From Longimicrobiales bacterium (GTDB lineage Bacteria; Gemmatimonadota; Gemmatimonadetes; Longimicrobiales; Gaopeijiaceae): DNA of 64,000 bases. The stretch covers positions 2,112,001-2,176,000 of the forward strand of contig CBDFMQ010000002.1 in NCBI GenBank assembly GCA_965249725.1, in the 5' to 3' direction. Every line of letters starts with the position of its first letter. Position 1 is the first letter of the stretch. Under the pieces are notes generated by a model, which had not been told where the DNA came from, ran no database searches, and was given only the letters and a program-made list of their open reading frames with translations. The position numbers and the translations under genes are program-made. Positions 47,273-55,571 of this stretch are shown in pieces.

Positions 47273-49522
47273 CTAGAAGAGCCTCAGTTGCCTCGAGTAC
47301 TTCACGATGAACGATCGAGACATGGGGGTGACCAAGCTCCTCAGCCCGTGCGACTCCTGGGCTTCGTTGTACACGACGTACAAGCCGGTACCGGCCGTAT
47401 CGAGCACTCCGAAGCGTACGTTGGCGGACCACGTGTCGGCCTGGTCGGAATACTGAATCAACGACTGCAGGAAGACCCGAGGGGTGAAAAAGTAGCCGAA
47501 GCGCACACCCAGTAAGGTCGTCTCGAAGTCTCCCTCGTCGAGCCGGACGATGTTGTGATTGAGGGCGAGAGAGGCCGTGAGGGCAGCACCACGGCGGTAT
47601 GTCACCGTCGTATTGCCACCGACCTGGTGGCCCGAGAAGAAGCCCCCAACTTCGAACCGGCCGACGACGGAGAACGGCGCCGACGGGTTCGTGGTCAGGT
47701 CCCAGACGTTCTGTATGTAGTCGTAGTTGCCGGCCGGAATCACCACACCCGGCGCGATCTCGAAGGGCTCTCTCAGGCCCTCGCCGTGAAAGTTGATCTC
47801 AGGACCGAACCGGCCACCACTCTCGAACTGGGCCTCGGTATCCAGGTGGATGTAACTCGTCTCCTGGAACCATGCGAAGTCCCAGTAGGCCCGGTACGTC
47901 AGGTGAGGCGTGAACTCTCGGATCCAGGGGACGGACGAGCGGATGTACTTCTGCACCTGGGCGGTGATGTTCCGATACCCCGTGCGGTTCAGGAATCCGA
48001 CCTCGGGATTGAAGTCCTCTCCGACCTGGGTATAGCGCGCGTAGACCTCCCAGTCGCGCGTCCGATACTGCCCGTACTGGCTCCAGCCCACATCGCGGCC
48101 CGTGAGACTGGGCGTCTCGGTCTTCGCGATCCAAGTGTCGAAGGTCCACACGTCGCCGATCCCCACCCGACCGTCCACGGCATACGTGCGGTTGTAGTCG
48201 CCTCCGTCGTGGGTCGCACGGCGCTGCACGAACATCGCTCCTGCGCGGGAGCGCCCCCCGACCTCCTTGGTCACGCGAGCCACCGTGAATGAATTCTCGG
48301 CGACGCCGGCCTCGATGTCCTCGGAGAGATCGTCGGTGAATATCTGGAGGAGGCCTACACTCAGTCCTTTCACCTTCCCACTGAGGCGTCCTCCACCCAG
48401 GATCGGCACTGGATTCCCTCCGTCGGAGATCCCGATCTTCCGGGTGAAGAAGAGGTCCACGGCCTGAGGTGTCCCGGCGGTGAATGTTCCGGCGTTTTCG
48501 AGGAAGAACGGCCGTTTCTCCGGAAAAAACAGAGGGAAGCGCGTGAGGTTGGTCCGCTGCTCGTCGACTTCGACCTGGGCGAAATCAGTGTTGGTCGTAA
48601 GGTCGAGGGTCATCGAGGCCAGCGTGAGCTTGGCATCCACCCCGATCTCCCTCGGATAGTCGGTGTCGTCGGGAGAAGTGACGTAGTCACGCTGAGCCGA
48701 GCCCAACACATAGGGACTCACCGTTGCCGCCCGCTGTACCGGGACAGGCACTCCGACAAGATCACCGGCCATGGAGAGACGCATCAGATTGTATTGACGT
48801 GGCACCGGTGCCCAGAACGACTCCTCGTTCCGACGCCGAATGCGGCGTACCAGGTTCATGCCCCACGTCTGAACCGACCCGCCGGCGTAGCGAAGTGTTG
48901 AGAAGGGAATACGGAATTCGGCGTACCAACCCTCGCCATCCTGCGAGGCGGCCACCTCCCAGCTCCCGTCCCAGTTGACGTTGAAGCCGCCCGCTGAGCC
49001 GGCCTGTTGTCGAGTCTGGCCCCGCTGAAAGACGCCACCCCCCTGCCCCTCTCTCACGACCTGCCCGTCGTACTCGATCGAGGCGGGAGTCGTGGAGAAG
49101 ATGAAGCCGTTCTGACGGTCCCGGTACGTGTCGAGGATGATGCCGAAGTAGTCACCTGTCTCCAGGTTCGCGTCCCGCACGCGCTCCCCCACGACGATCT
49201 GTTCCGGGGTCCGATCGTACAGCCACGCTCCGACGTACAGGGCCTCTTCATCCGCGAGAATGCGGACCTCTGTCCGCTCGGAAACCGGCTCGCCTTCCAC
49301 GGGCTCCCGCTGGAAGAAACCGGTGATCACCTCGGCACCGGCCCACGCGTCGTCATCGAGGCGTCCATCGATGACCGGAGCGTTGGAGTCGATGCGGAGG
49401 ACCGACGCCACGGGTCGGCTACTTTCCTGGCTGGTAACCTGCGCATCCAAAAGGGGGGGGGTGGCGGTGGAGCAGAGGGCAGCGAAGAGCCACGCGCGGG
49501 TGGCCCGCCTAAGCATATCCAT
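47273..49522 (-). CDS. CBM9-like plus DUF5916 outer-membrane barrel protein, paralog 1
   Basis: Same motifs as the neighbour; ends VKYSRQLRLF; start uncertain (49516-49543). Confidence 0.85.
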   Translation of the reverse strand: MDMLRRATRAWLFAALCSTATPPLLDAQVTSQESSRPVASVLRIDSNAPVIDGRLDDDAWAGAEVITGFFQREPVEGEPVSERTEVRILADEEALYVGAWLYDRTPEQIVVGERVRDANLETGDYFGIILDTYRDRQNGFIFSTTPASIEYDGQVVREGQGGGVFQRGQTRQQAGSAGGFNVNWDGSWEVAASQDGEGWYAEFRIPFSTLRYAGGSVQTWGMNLVRRIRRRNEESFWAPVPRQYNLMRLSMAGDLVGVPVPVQRAATVSPYVLGSAQRDYVTSPDDTDYPREIGVDAKLTLASMTLDLTTNTDFAQVEVDEQRTNLTRFPLFFPEKRPFFLENAGTFTAGTPQAVDLFFTRKIGISDGGNPVPILGGGRLSGKVKGLSVGLLQIFTDDLSEDIEAGVAENSFTVARVTKEVGGRSRAGAMFVQRRATHDGGDYNRTYAVDGRVGIGDVWTFDTWIAKTETPSLTGRDVGWSQYGQYRTRDWEVYARYTQVGEDFNPEVGFLNRTGYRNITAQVQKYIRSSVPWIREFTPHLTYRAYWDFAWFQETSYIHLDTEAQFESGGRFGPEINFHGEGLREPFEIAPGVVIPAGNYDYIQNVWDLTTNPSAPFSVVGRFEVGGFFSGHQVGGNTTVTYRRGAALTASLALNHNIVRLDEGDFETTLLGVRFGYFFTPRVFLQSLIQYSDQADTWSANVRFGVLDTAGTGLYVVYNEAQESHGLRSLVTPMSRSFIVKYSRQLRLF

Positions 49523-49826
49523 CAGAGACCCAACTCCCGGCAATATCGAAGTAGGGAGAGGGACGGCTCTCCGTAAACCCGCTAGAAGGTACCGCGGCAG
49601 GTTGATTTTGAGGAGTACCGGATGGGATCAGGCCGGCCCAGGGTCTCGGCGGCCAGATGTCTTCTCGGCTTCTCAGCCATCGGACGCTCCCGCTGACCCT
49701 CGGCTCCATCGAAACCCGAAGAGTATGCGGTGGGTGAAGGGCGGGCTAGAGCGTCCTCAACCCCTCAGGACTCACCCGGTACGCTATAATTGTTGGATCC
49801 CCCAGAAGGCTGTTGAAGGAGACATC

Positions 49827-50885
49827 ATGACGCGATCGGTGGCGATGCTCGGTGCTGCCCTCTTCGGTGCTGTCCTCGCACCTGATGGTGCCTCGGCCCA
49901 GGACGGGTCGTGGGGCATCACGGCAGTGCAAGGCATCACGGTCGGGCACCTCACCATGAGCGCCAGGCCGACCGGCTGCACGGTGATCCTCACCGGCGAG
50001 GGTGCGGTCGGAGGGGTGGACGTCCGTGGCGGTGCGCCTGGCACGGCAGAGACCGACCTTCTCGACCCCGTAAACACCGTCCAGGAGGTGCACGGCATCA
50101 CACTCTCGGGCGGCAGCGCGTTCGGACTGTCGGTGAGGGACGGCGTCATGCGGTACCTGGACGAGCGCGGTATCGGCTACCGCGTCGGCTCAAACGTGGT
50201 GCCGATCGTGGCAGGGGCGATCCTCTACGACCTGTCGGTCGGCGACGACCCGAGCATTCGGCCAAACGCCGAGTGCGGGTTCGAAGCGGCGTCACGCGCT
50301 ACCTCCGACCGACCCGCCGAAGGGTCCGTCGGAGCGGGAGCCGGGGCGACGGTCGGCAAGTCGCGTGGCATGGCTCGCGCCATGAAGGGTGGCATCGGGA
50401 CGGCGTCGATCACCCTGCAGGGCGGTCTCACGGTCGGAGCCCTCGTCGCGGTCAACGCCGTGGGCGATGTCATCGACCCCGGGACCGGCAAGGTCGTCGC
50501 AGGCGTTCGTACATCTGACGGTCGGGCCCTGGCCGACGCCAGAGTCCTGATGCGGCAGAACCGTTCATCGGAGGAGCCACAGAGCGGCGCCAATACCACA
50601 ATAGGAGTAGTCGCCACCAACGCGGCACTCACGCAGGCGCAGGCCACCAAGGTGGCGCAGATGGCGCAGGACGGGCTCGCCCGTGCCCTCTATCCCTCTC
50701 ACACGCCGGGCGACGGAGATACCGTCTTCTCCTTGGCGACCGGCACGCTGGACGGGGAGGCTTCGGTGTCGACCATCGGCACTCTGGCGGCGGACATGAT
50801 GGTCGAGGCCATTCTGCGGGCCGTGCGAGCGGCCACCGGAGTGGAGGGAATCCCGTCCGTCGCAGATCTCGACCAGGCCCGGTGA
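49827..50885 (+). CDS. Exported P1/S58 (DmpA-like) peptidase
   Basis: Signal peptide; TGCTVI, DVRGGAPGT.ET, LSGGSAFGL, GAGAGAT, ANTTIG, HTPGDGD; AAGGAG RBS; TATAAT at 49785-49790. Confidence 0.9.
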   Translation: MTRSVAMLGAALFGAVLAPDGASAQDGSWGITAVQGITVGHLTMSARPTGCTVILTGEGAVGGVDVRGGAPGTAETDLLDPVNTVQEVHGITLSGGSAFGLSVRDGVMRYLDERGIGYRVGSNVVPIVAGAILYDLSVGDDPSIRPNAECGFEAASRATSDRPAEGSVGAGAGATVGKSRGMARAMKGGIGTASITLQGGLTVGALVAVNAVGDVIDPGTGKVVAGVRTSDGRALADARVLMRQNRSSEEPQSGANTTIGVVATNAALTQAQATKVAQMAQDGLARALYPSHTPGDGDTVFSLATGTLDGEASVSTIGTLAADMMVEAILRAVRAATGVEGIPSVADLDQAR

Positions 50886-50907
50886 GCCACCCCCACCAGG
50901 CTCGACC

Positions 50908-52341
50908 GTGAACATCGAGCTCGCCGTCCTCCTGGTCTACTCGGCCGGCCTCATCGGGCTCGGTCTGTGGATCGGGCGACGCGTGGAGAGCAGCGGCGGG
51001 TTCTTCGTCGCGAACCGGAAGCTCGGAGCGGCCCTCATCTTCTCGACGGTACTCGCAGCCAATATCGGGGCTGGGAGCACCGTAGGCGCCGCGGGGCTCG
51101 GTTACACGGACGGGCTTGCCGGATGGTGGTGGGTAGGGTCGGCCGCAGTGGGGACGATGGTGCTCGCCGTGTGGATCGGCCCGAAGATCTGGCGTATCGC
51201 GGCCGATCACGGCCTCTACACCATGGGCGACTACCTCGAACTGCGGTACGGAAGGTCGGTGCGCGCCTTCATCACCGGGCTCCTATGGATCGGCACGCCG
51301 GCACTTCTCGCGGCTCAGCTCATCGCGATGGCCAAGATCCTCGAGTTCGTGGCAGGAGCCCCGGAGTGGGCCGGCATCCTCATCGGTGGCGTGGTAATGA
51401 CGGCCTACTTCTCGGCAGGCGGGCTCCTGACGTCGGCGTGGGTCAACATGGTGCAGCTCGTGGTGCTCGTCCTCGGTTTTGCGATCGCTCTTCCGTGGGC
51501 TTGGAGCGCGGCGGGCGGCTGGGAGGGTGTCGTCGCCGCGGCGCCTCCATCGGCCGACTATCTGGATTTCTGGCAGGGGGGCAGGTCGGGTTGGATCTAT
51601 CTGGCGATCGTGGGCCCCAACTTCGTGGTGTCCCCGGGGCTGATTCAGAAGGTGTATGGCGCAGTCGACGAACGAGCGATCCGGTTGGGACTCGGAGCCG
51701 CAGCTCTCGCGCTCTTGGTGTTCGCCCTCGTCCCACCCCTCTTCGGCATGATCGGGAGGGCCTACGATCCGGCCCTGGTGGACCATGAGCACGCCCTCAT
51801 GCTCGTCCTGACCACGGGGCTGCCGACGCTGCTGGGGAGCCTCGGCCTGGCTGCCGTCTTTTCCGCCGAGATCAGCTCGGCCGACGCCATCCTCTTCATG
51901 CTGTCCACTTCCCTCTCGAAGGACCTATACAAGCGCTTCCTCCGTCCCGAAGCGGATGACGCTCAGGTCCTACGCGTGGCCAGGGGGGCTGCCGTCGCCG
52001 GGGGCATTCTAGCGATACTCCTCGCCCTCGTGCTGACCTCGATCATCGGGGCGCTCAAGATCTTCTACTCGTTGATGGCGGTGTGCCTCTTCGTGCCCGT
52101 CGTGGCGGGGCTCTACTCGCGCCGACCCGGGACACCCGAGGCCCTGGCGGCCAGCGGGGTGGGTGTGACGACCCTCATCGCCGTGAGACTCATGGACTTC
52201 GACGGCGCGGCGTGGTGGCTCGACGCCAGCTTCATAGGGCTGGTGGCGTCGGCGGCCACCTTTGTACTCGTCCTACTGGTGAGACGGCCGGCGGCCCGGG
52301 ACATCCCGGCGAGTCGGCAAAGAGGCGGGCCTACTCCCTAG
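50908..52341 (+). CDS. Sodium:solute symporter (SSS) family protein
   Basis: FFVANRKL, ANIGAGSTVG, TMGDYLELRYG, GGL, SAEISSAD; about 13 TM segments. Confidence 0.9.
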   Translation: MNIELAVLLVYSAGLIGLGLWIGRRVESSGGFFVANRKLGAALIFSTVLAANIGAGSTVGAAGLGYTDGLAGWWWVGSAAVGTMVLAVWIGPKIWRIAADHGLYTMGDYLELRYGRSVRAFITGLLWIGTPALLAAQLIAMAKILEFVAGAPEWAGILIGGVVMTAYFSAGGLLTSAWVNMVQLVVLVLGFAIALPWAWSAAGGWEGVVAAAPPSADYLDFWQGGRSGWIYLAIVGPNFVVSPGLIQKVYGAVDERAIRLGLGAAALALLVFALVPPLFGMIGRAYDPALVDHEHALMLVLTTGLPTLLGSLGLAAVFSAEISSADAILFMLSTSLSKDLYKRFLRPEADDAQVLRVARGAAVAGGILAILLALVLTSIIGALKIFYSLMAVCLFVPVVAGLYSRRPGTPEALAASGVGVTTLIAVRLMDFDGAAWWLDASFIGLVASAATFVLVLLVRRPAARDIPASRQRGGPTP

Positions 52342-52355
52342 GTCGAGAAACGGCC

Positions 52356-54128
52356 TCAGCAGGACAGGCAGTTGTGGTTGTTCTTAGCGCCCAGGCTCTC
52401 CAGCAACGCGAGCGCTTCAGGGAACGGTTGTATGCGCTGCACCGGACCGTTGGCCATGTCCGCCGTGGTCTGCCCTTTTCGGCTCACATAAGTGACGTCC
52501 GCTCCGTGCTCGACCAGATACCGGATCATCTCCACATCGCCACGTGCGGCAGCATGGTGAAGCGGCGAATAGCCGTTGTGGTCCCGAGCATTGACGTCGG
52601 CCCCGCGTACCTCGACCAGATACCTCAACGCCGGCATCCACGCCTTGGGCACATGGCGATGGGAGTTGCCCGCGAAGTCCTCGCCGTAGCCGACACCCGT
52701 GGCCGCATGGATCGGATGAACCGCAGGCCCTCCAACCGGAACCGGGGGCAGCCCGGACATATCGGGCTGGTTGCCGCGTCTGCGGCGCTGCGGCACGGTC
52801 TGCGTCGCCGTCTCGGAGTCCGCCCCGTGTGCCACAAGCAGCTCCATGGCCTCCACGTCCAGAGCGTACGCGGCCCGCCAGAAGGGTGTCGCACCCTTCG
52901 TGTCCACACCCAGGAGGTCGAAGGTGTAGGACATGTACCACAGGTGCTTGGTCAACCGGACGTTCGGGTCCACTCCCGCCTCGAGGAGCGTCTTCAACAC
53001 GTCCAGGTAGGTGAGCCGCTGCTGTTGATACGCCTGCTGCTGGGGGTACCGAGCCTTCGGCGCCCAGTGTGCGTTCAACGCTGCATAAAGGGGCGTCGCG
53101 CCCGAGGTACTCGCCGATAGTGGATCCGCCCCCCGATCGAACAGCCGCATGGCCAGGTCGAAGTGCCCGTTGATCATGGCGATGAGCATGGGACTCGTAT
53201 GATCGCCCAGGCTCACTTGGTCGACGTCTGCGCCTCCGTCGAGAAGCGCGGAAACTGCCTCGGCGTGGCCCTCACGGGCGGCGTACAGGAGGGCCGTGAG
53301 GCCACCCTGACCACCGACCAGCTCGGCATAGCTGAGGGGCTGGGGTTGGGCCTCTTCCACATCGACGACTTCCGGCTCGGGGTCACCGGTCGGGGCCCGC
53401 TACTCCTCCAAGGCGGCCTGAACGGCCGTCTGGATCTGGCTCGGTGTGGGGCCACGGGTCTGTTCGGATCCCTGTGCGGCGCGAAACGCTTCGAGCACCT
53501 GGTTCCTACGCAGGCCGGCGGCCCGGTCCACTCGCTGCCTGTCGGGCATGGACTCCACCCGGTTCGCCATGCTCACGTCGGCCCCGCCGTCGAGCAACGC
53601 ATGGATCGCCGCCACCCGGTTGAACGCCGCCGCGAACATGAGCGCGGACTGATCCCGAGCGGAGTCCAGGGCGTTGACGTCGGCCCCCGCCTGCAATAGG
53701 AGTGCGATCGACTCGGCGCTCCCGGACGCCGCGGCCATGTGGACGGCCGTGGCACCACCGGTAGTCGTCGTAGCGTGGGGATTGGCTCCCGCCTCCAGAA
53801 GCTTCCCGACCACGGTATGCATCCCCGCCCGACTCGCCATGTGAAGAGACGTCAGGTCGCCGATGCGGGTCATCGCTTCGAGATCGGCTCCAGCGTAGAT
53901 GAGCATCTCCGCCATCTCCACAGAACCGCCCTCGGCAGCCCAGTGCAGGGCGGTCATTCCGTCCCCCTGGGCGGCGTTCACGTCGGCGCCCTGCCGAAGC
54001 AGGACACGTACGGCCTCGACTTCCCCCCTCATCGCGGCATCCGCGACGGGAGAGTCGGACACACCGATCCACATGACGGCCGTCAGGCAGAGAGCGCCTG
54101 CGACGTTCACTTGCAACGGGCTTCTCAT
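52356..54128 (-). pseudogene. Exported ankyrin-repeat protein (module copy 2) interrupted by an in-frame TAG at 53400-53402
   Basis: ORFs 53400-54128 and 52356-53360 share one frame (LEE*RAPTGDPEPEVVDVEEAQ) and together align with 58147-59958; ends NNHNCLSC. Confidence 0.85.
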
Positions 54129-55519
54129 CAGATGGTCAGCGAGAACTCACCGGTGCTGTCACCGAAGCTCTCCATGTCGTCGTGCCCCAGGCCGTGCAGC
54201 AAGCTCAGCATCACGTTCGCCATGGGCGTCTCCGCCTCGGCCTTGAGGTGCACATTGCCCTGGAGCTGGCCGTTGGCTCCACCAACGACGATCAGCGGGC
54301 AGCGCTTGTGGTTGTGGACGTTGGGATCGCCCATGGGGGACCCGTACACGATCATGGTCTTGTCGAGCAGCGAAGCGTCCCCTTCCATGGTCTCCTGAAG
54401 CTTGTTCAGGAAGTAGGGCAGCATGCCGACGTGGTAGCGGTTGATGAGGGCGAACTCCTCGATGGCCGCCTCGTTCCCGCCATGGTGCGACGCCGGGTGG
54501 AACGGCTTCTCCGATCCGCTCTCGGGGAAGACACGGGCCGAAGAGTCTCGTCCCATCTTGAAGGAGAAGACGCGCGTCATGTCCGACTGGAAGGCCAGGG
54601 CCTGGAGGTCGAACATCAGCTTCATGTGCTCTTCGAAGGAGTCGGGCACACCCGCCGGCGCCTCCGGCATTTCACGCAGCTCTCCGCTGGTGTTGTAGGC
54701 CTCGACCATCTGAATGCGCCGCTCGATTTCACGAATGTCCTGGAGATAGCGATCCAGTCGCTGGCGATCGGCCGGACCCAACTCCCGCTGCAACTGGGCC
54801 ACCCTACCGATGATCCAGTCCAGGATGCTACGGTTGGCCTGCCGGCGAGCGGCCCGCTCCTTGGCGGTTCCGCCTGACCCGAACAGCTGCTCGAAGGCGA
54901 CCCTCGGATCCCGAATAACGGGGAGTGGCTCGGTCGGTGACTTCCAGCTGATGGAGTCGGTGTAGACGCAGGTGTAGCCGTACGCACATCCCCCGGATTG
55001 GTTGATGTTCTCGATGCAGAGCTGCATCGAGGGGATCGGCGTGTCCTGTCCGAACCTCTGGGCATAGAGCTGATCGAGAGACGTGCCGACGTATACGTCC
55101 GAGCCCTCGGTCTGCTTGGGATGGGCCTGGGTCAGGAAGGTGGCGCTGGACCGGAAGTGATCTCCCCCGATCTCCGGGGCGGTCGTGGCCTCGGCACCCC
55201 TGACGTCCGTGTTGCTGACGATGGTGAGGTAGTCCTGGTACGGCGCCAGGGCACTGAGACTGGTAGGGCTCAGATCGAAATCGCGACCGACTGCCGAAGG
55301 GGACCACAGGTTCTGGGAAGCGCCGTATTCACTCGCCCCGGCAGCACCGTGCACCATTTCGATGGCCACTAGGCGGGTGGCATCCGTCAGCGCAGCCCCA
55401 CCCGAGCCAGCCATCAGCCGGGCCGGTATCATTGCGTCGAGGAACGGCAGCGCAACCGTGGCCCCCAGGCCCTTGAGGACCTCGCGCCGCGAAAGGTGCT
55501 TGCCCGTGATGAAGTCCAT
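54128..55519 (-). CDS. DUF1552 (HXXSHH) protein with Tat-like signal, module copy 2
   Basis: LSRREVLKGLGATVALPFLDAM; HPASHH; YGSPMGDPNVHNH; GDSTG. Confidence 0.9.
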   Translation of the reverse strand: MDFITGKHLSRREVLKGLGATVALPFLDAMIPARLMAGSGGAALTDATRLVAIEMVHGAAGASEYGASQNLWSPSAVGRDFDLSPTSLSALAPYQDYLTIVSNTDVRGAEATTAPEIGGDHFRSSATFLTQAHPKQTEGSDVYVGTSLDQLYAQRFGQDTPIPSMQLCIENINQSGGCAYGYTCVYTDSISWKSPTEPLPVIRDPRVAFEQLFGSGGTAKERAARRQANRSILDWIIGRVAQLQRELGPADRQRLDRYLQDIREIERRIQMVEAYNTSGELREMPEAPAGVPDSFEEHMKLMFDLQALAFQSDMTRVFSFKMGRDSSARVFPESGSEKPFHPASHHGGNEAAIEEFALINRYHVGMLPYFLNKLQETMEGDASLLDKTMIVYGSPMGDPNVHNHKRCPLIVVGGANGQLQGNVHLKAEAETPMANVMLSLLHGLGHDDMESFGDSTGEFSLTI

Positions 55520-55571
55520 CTCCTACCTCCTCGATACGATGTCCACCGACCTCATGTCGGCCGACTCGGAA

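Noticed and set aside
49545..49826. Riboswitch or ncRNA in long intergenic regions (also 28870-29250, 21560-21785)
   Set aside because: No recognisable conserved motif by eye; an Rfam/Infernal scan would be needed
53400..53402. Pyrrolysine or genetic-code reassignment at the in-frame TAG
   Set aside because: No pyl genes or tRNA in the window, TAG terminates many normal genes here, and the same module copy has an independent frameshift
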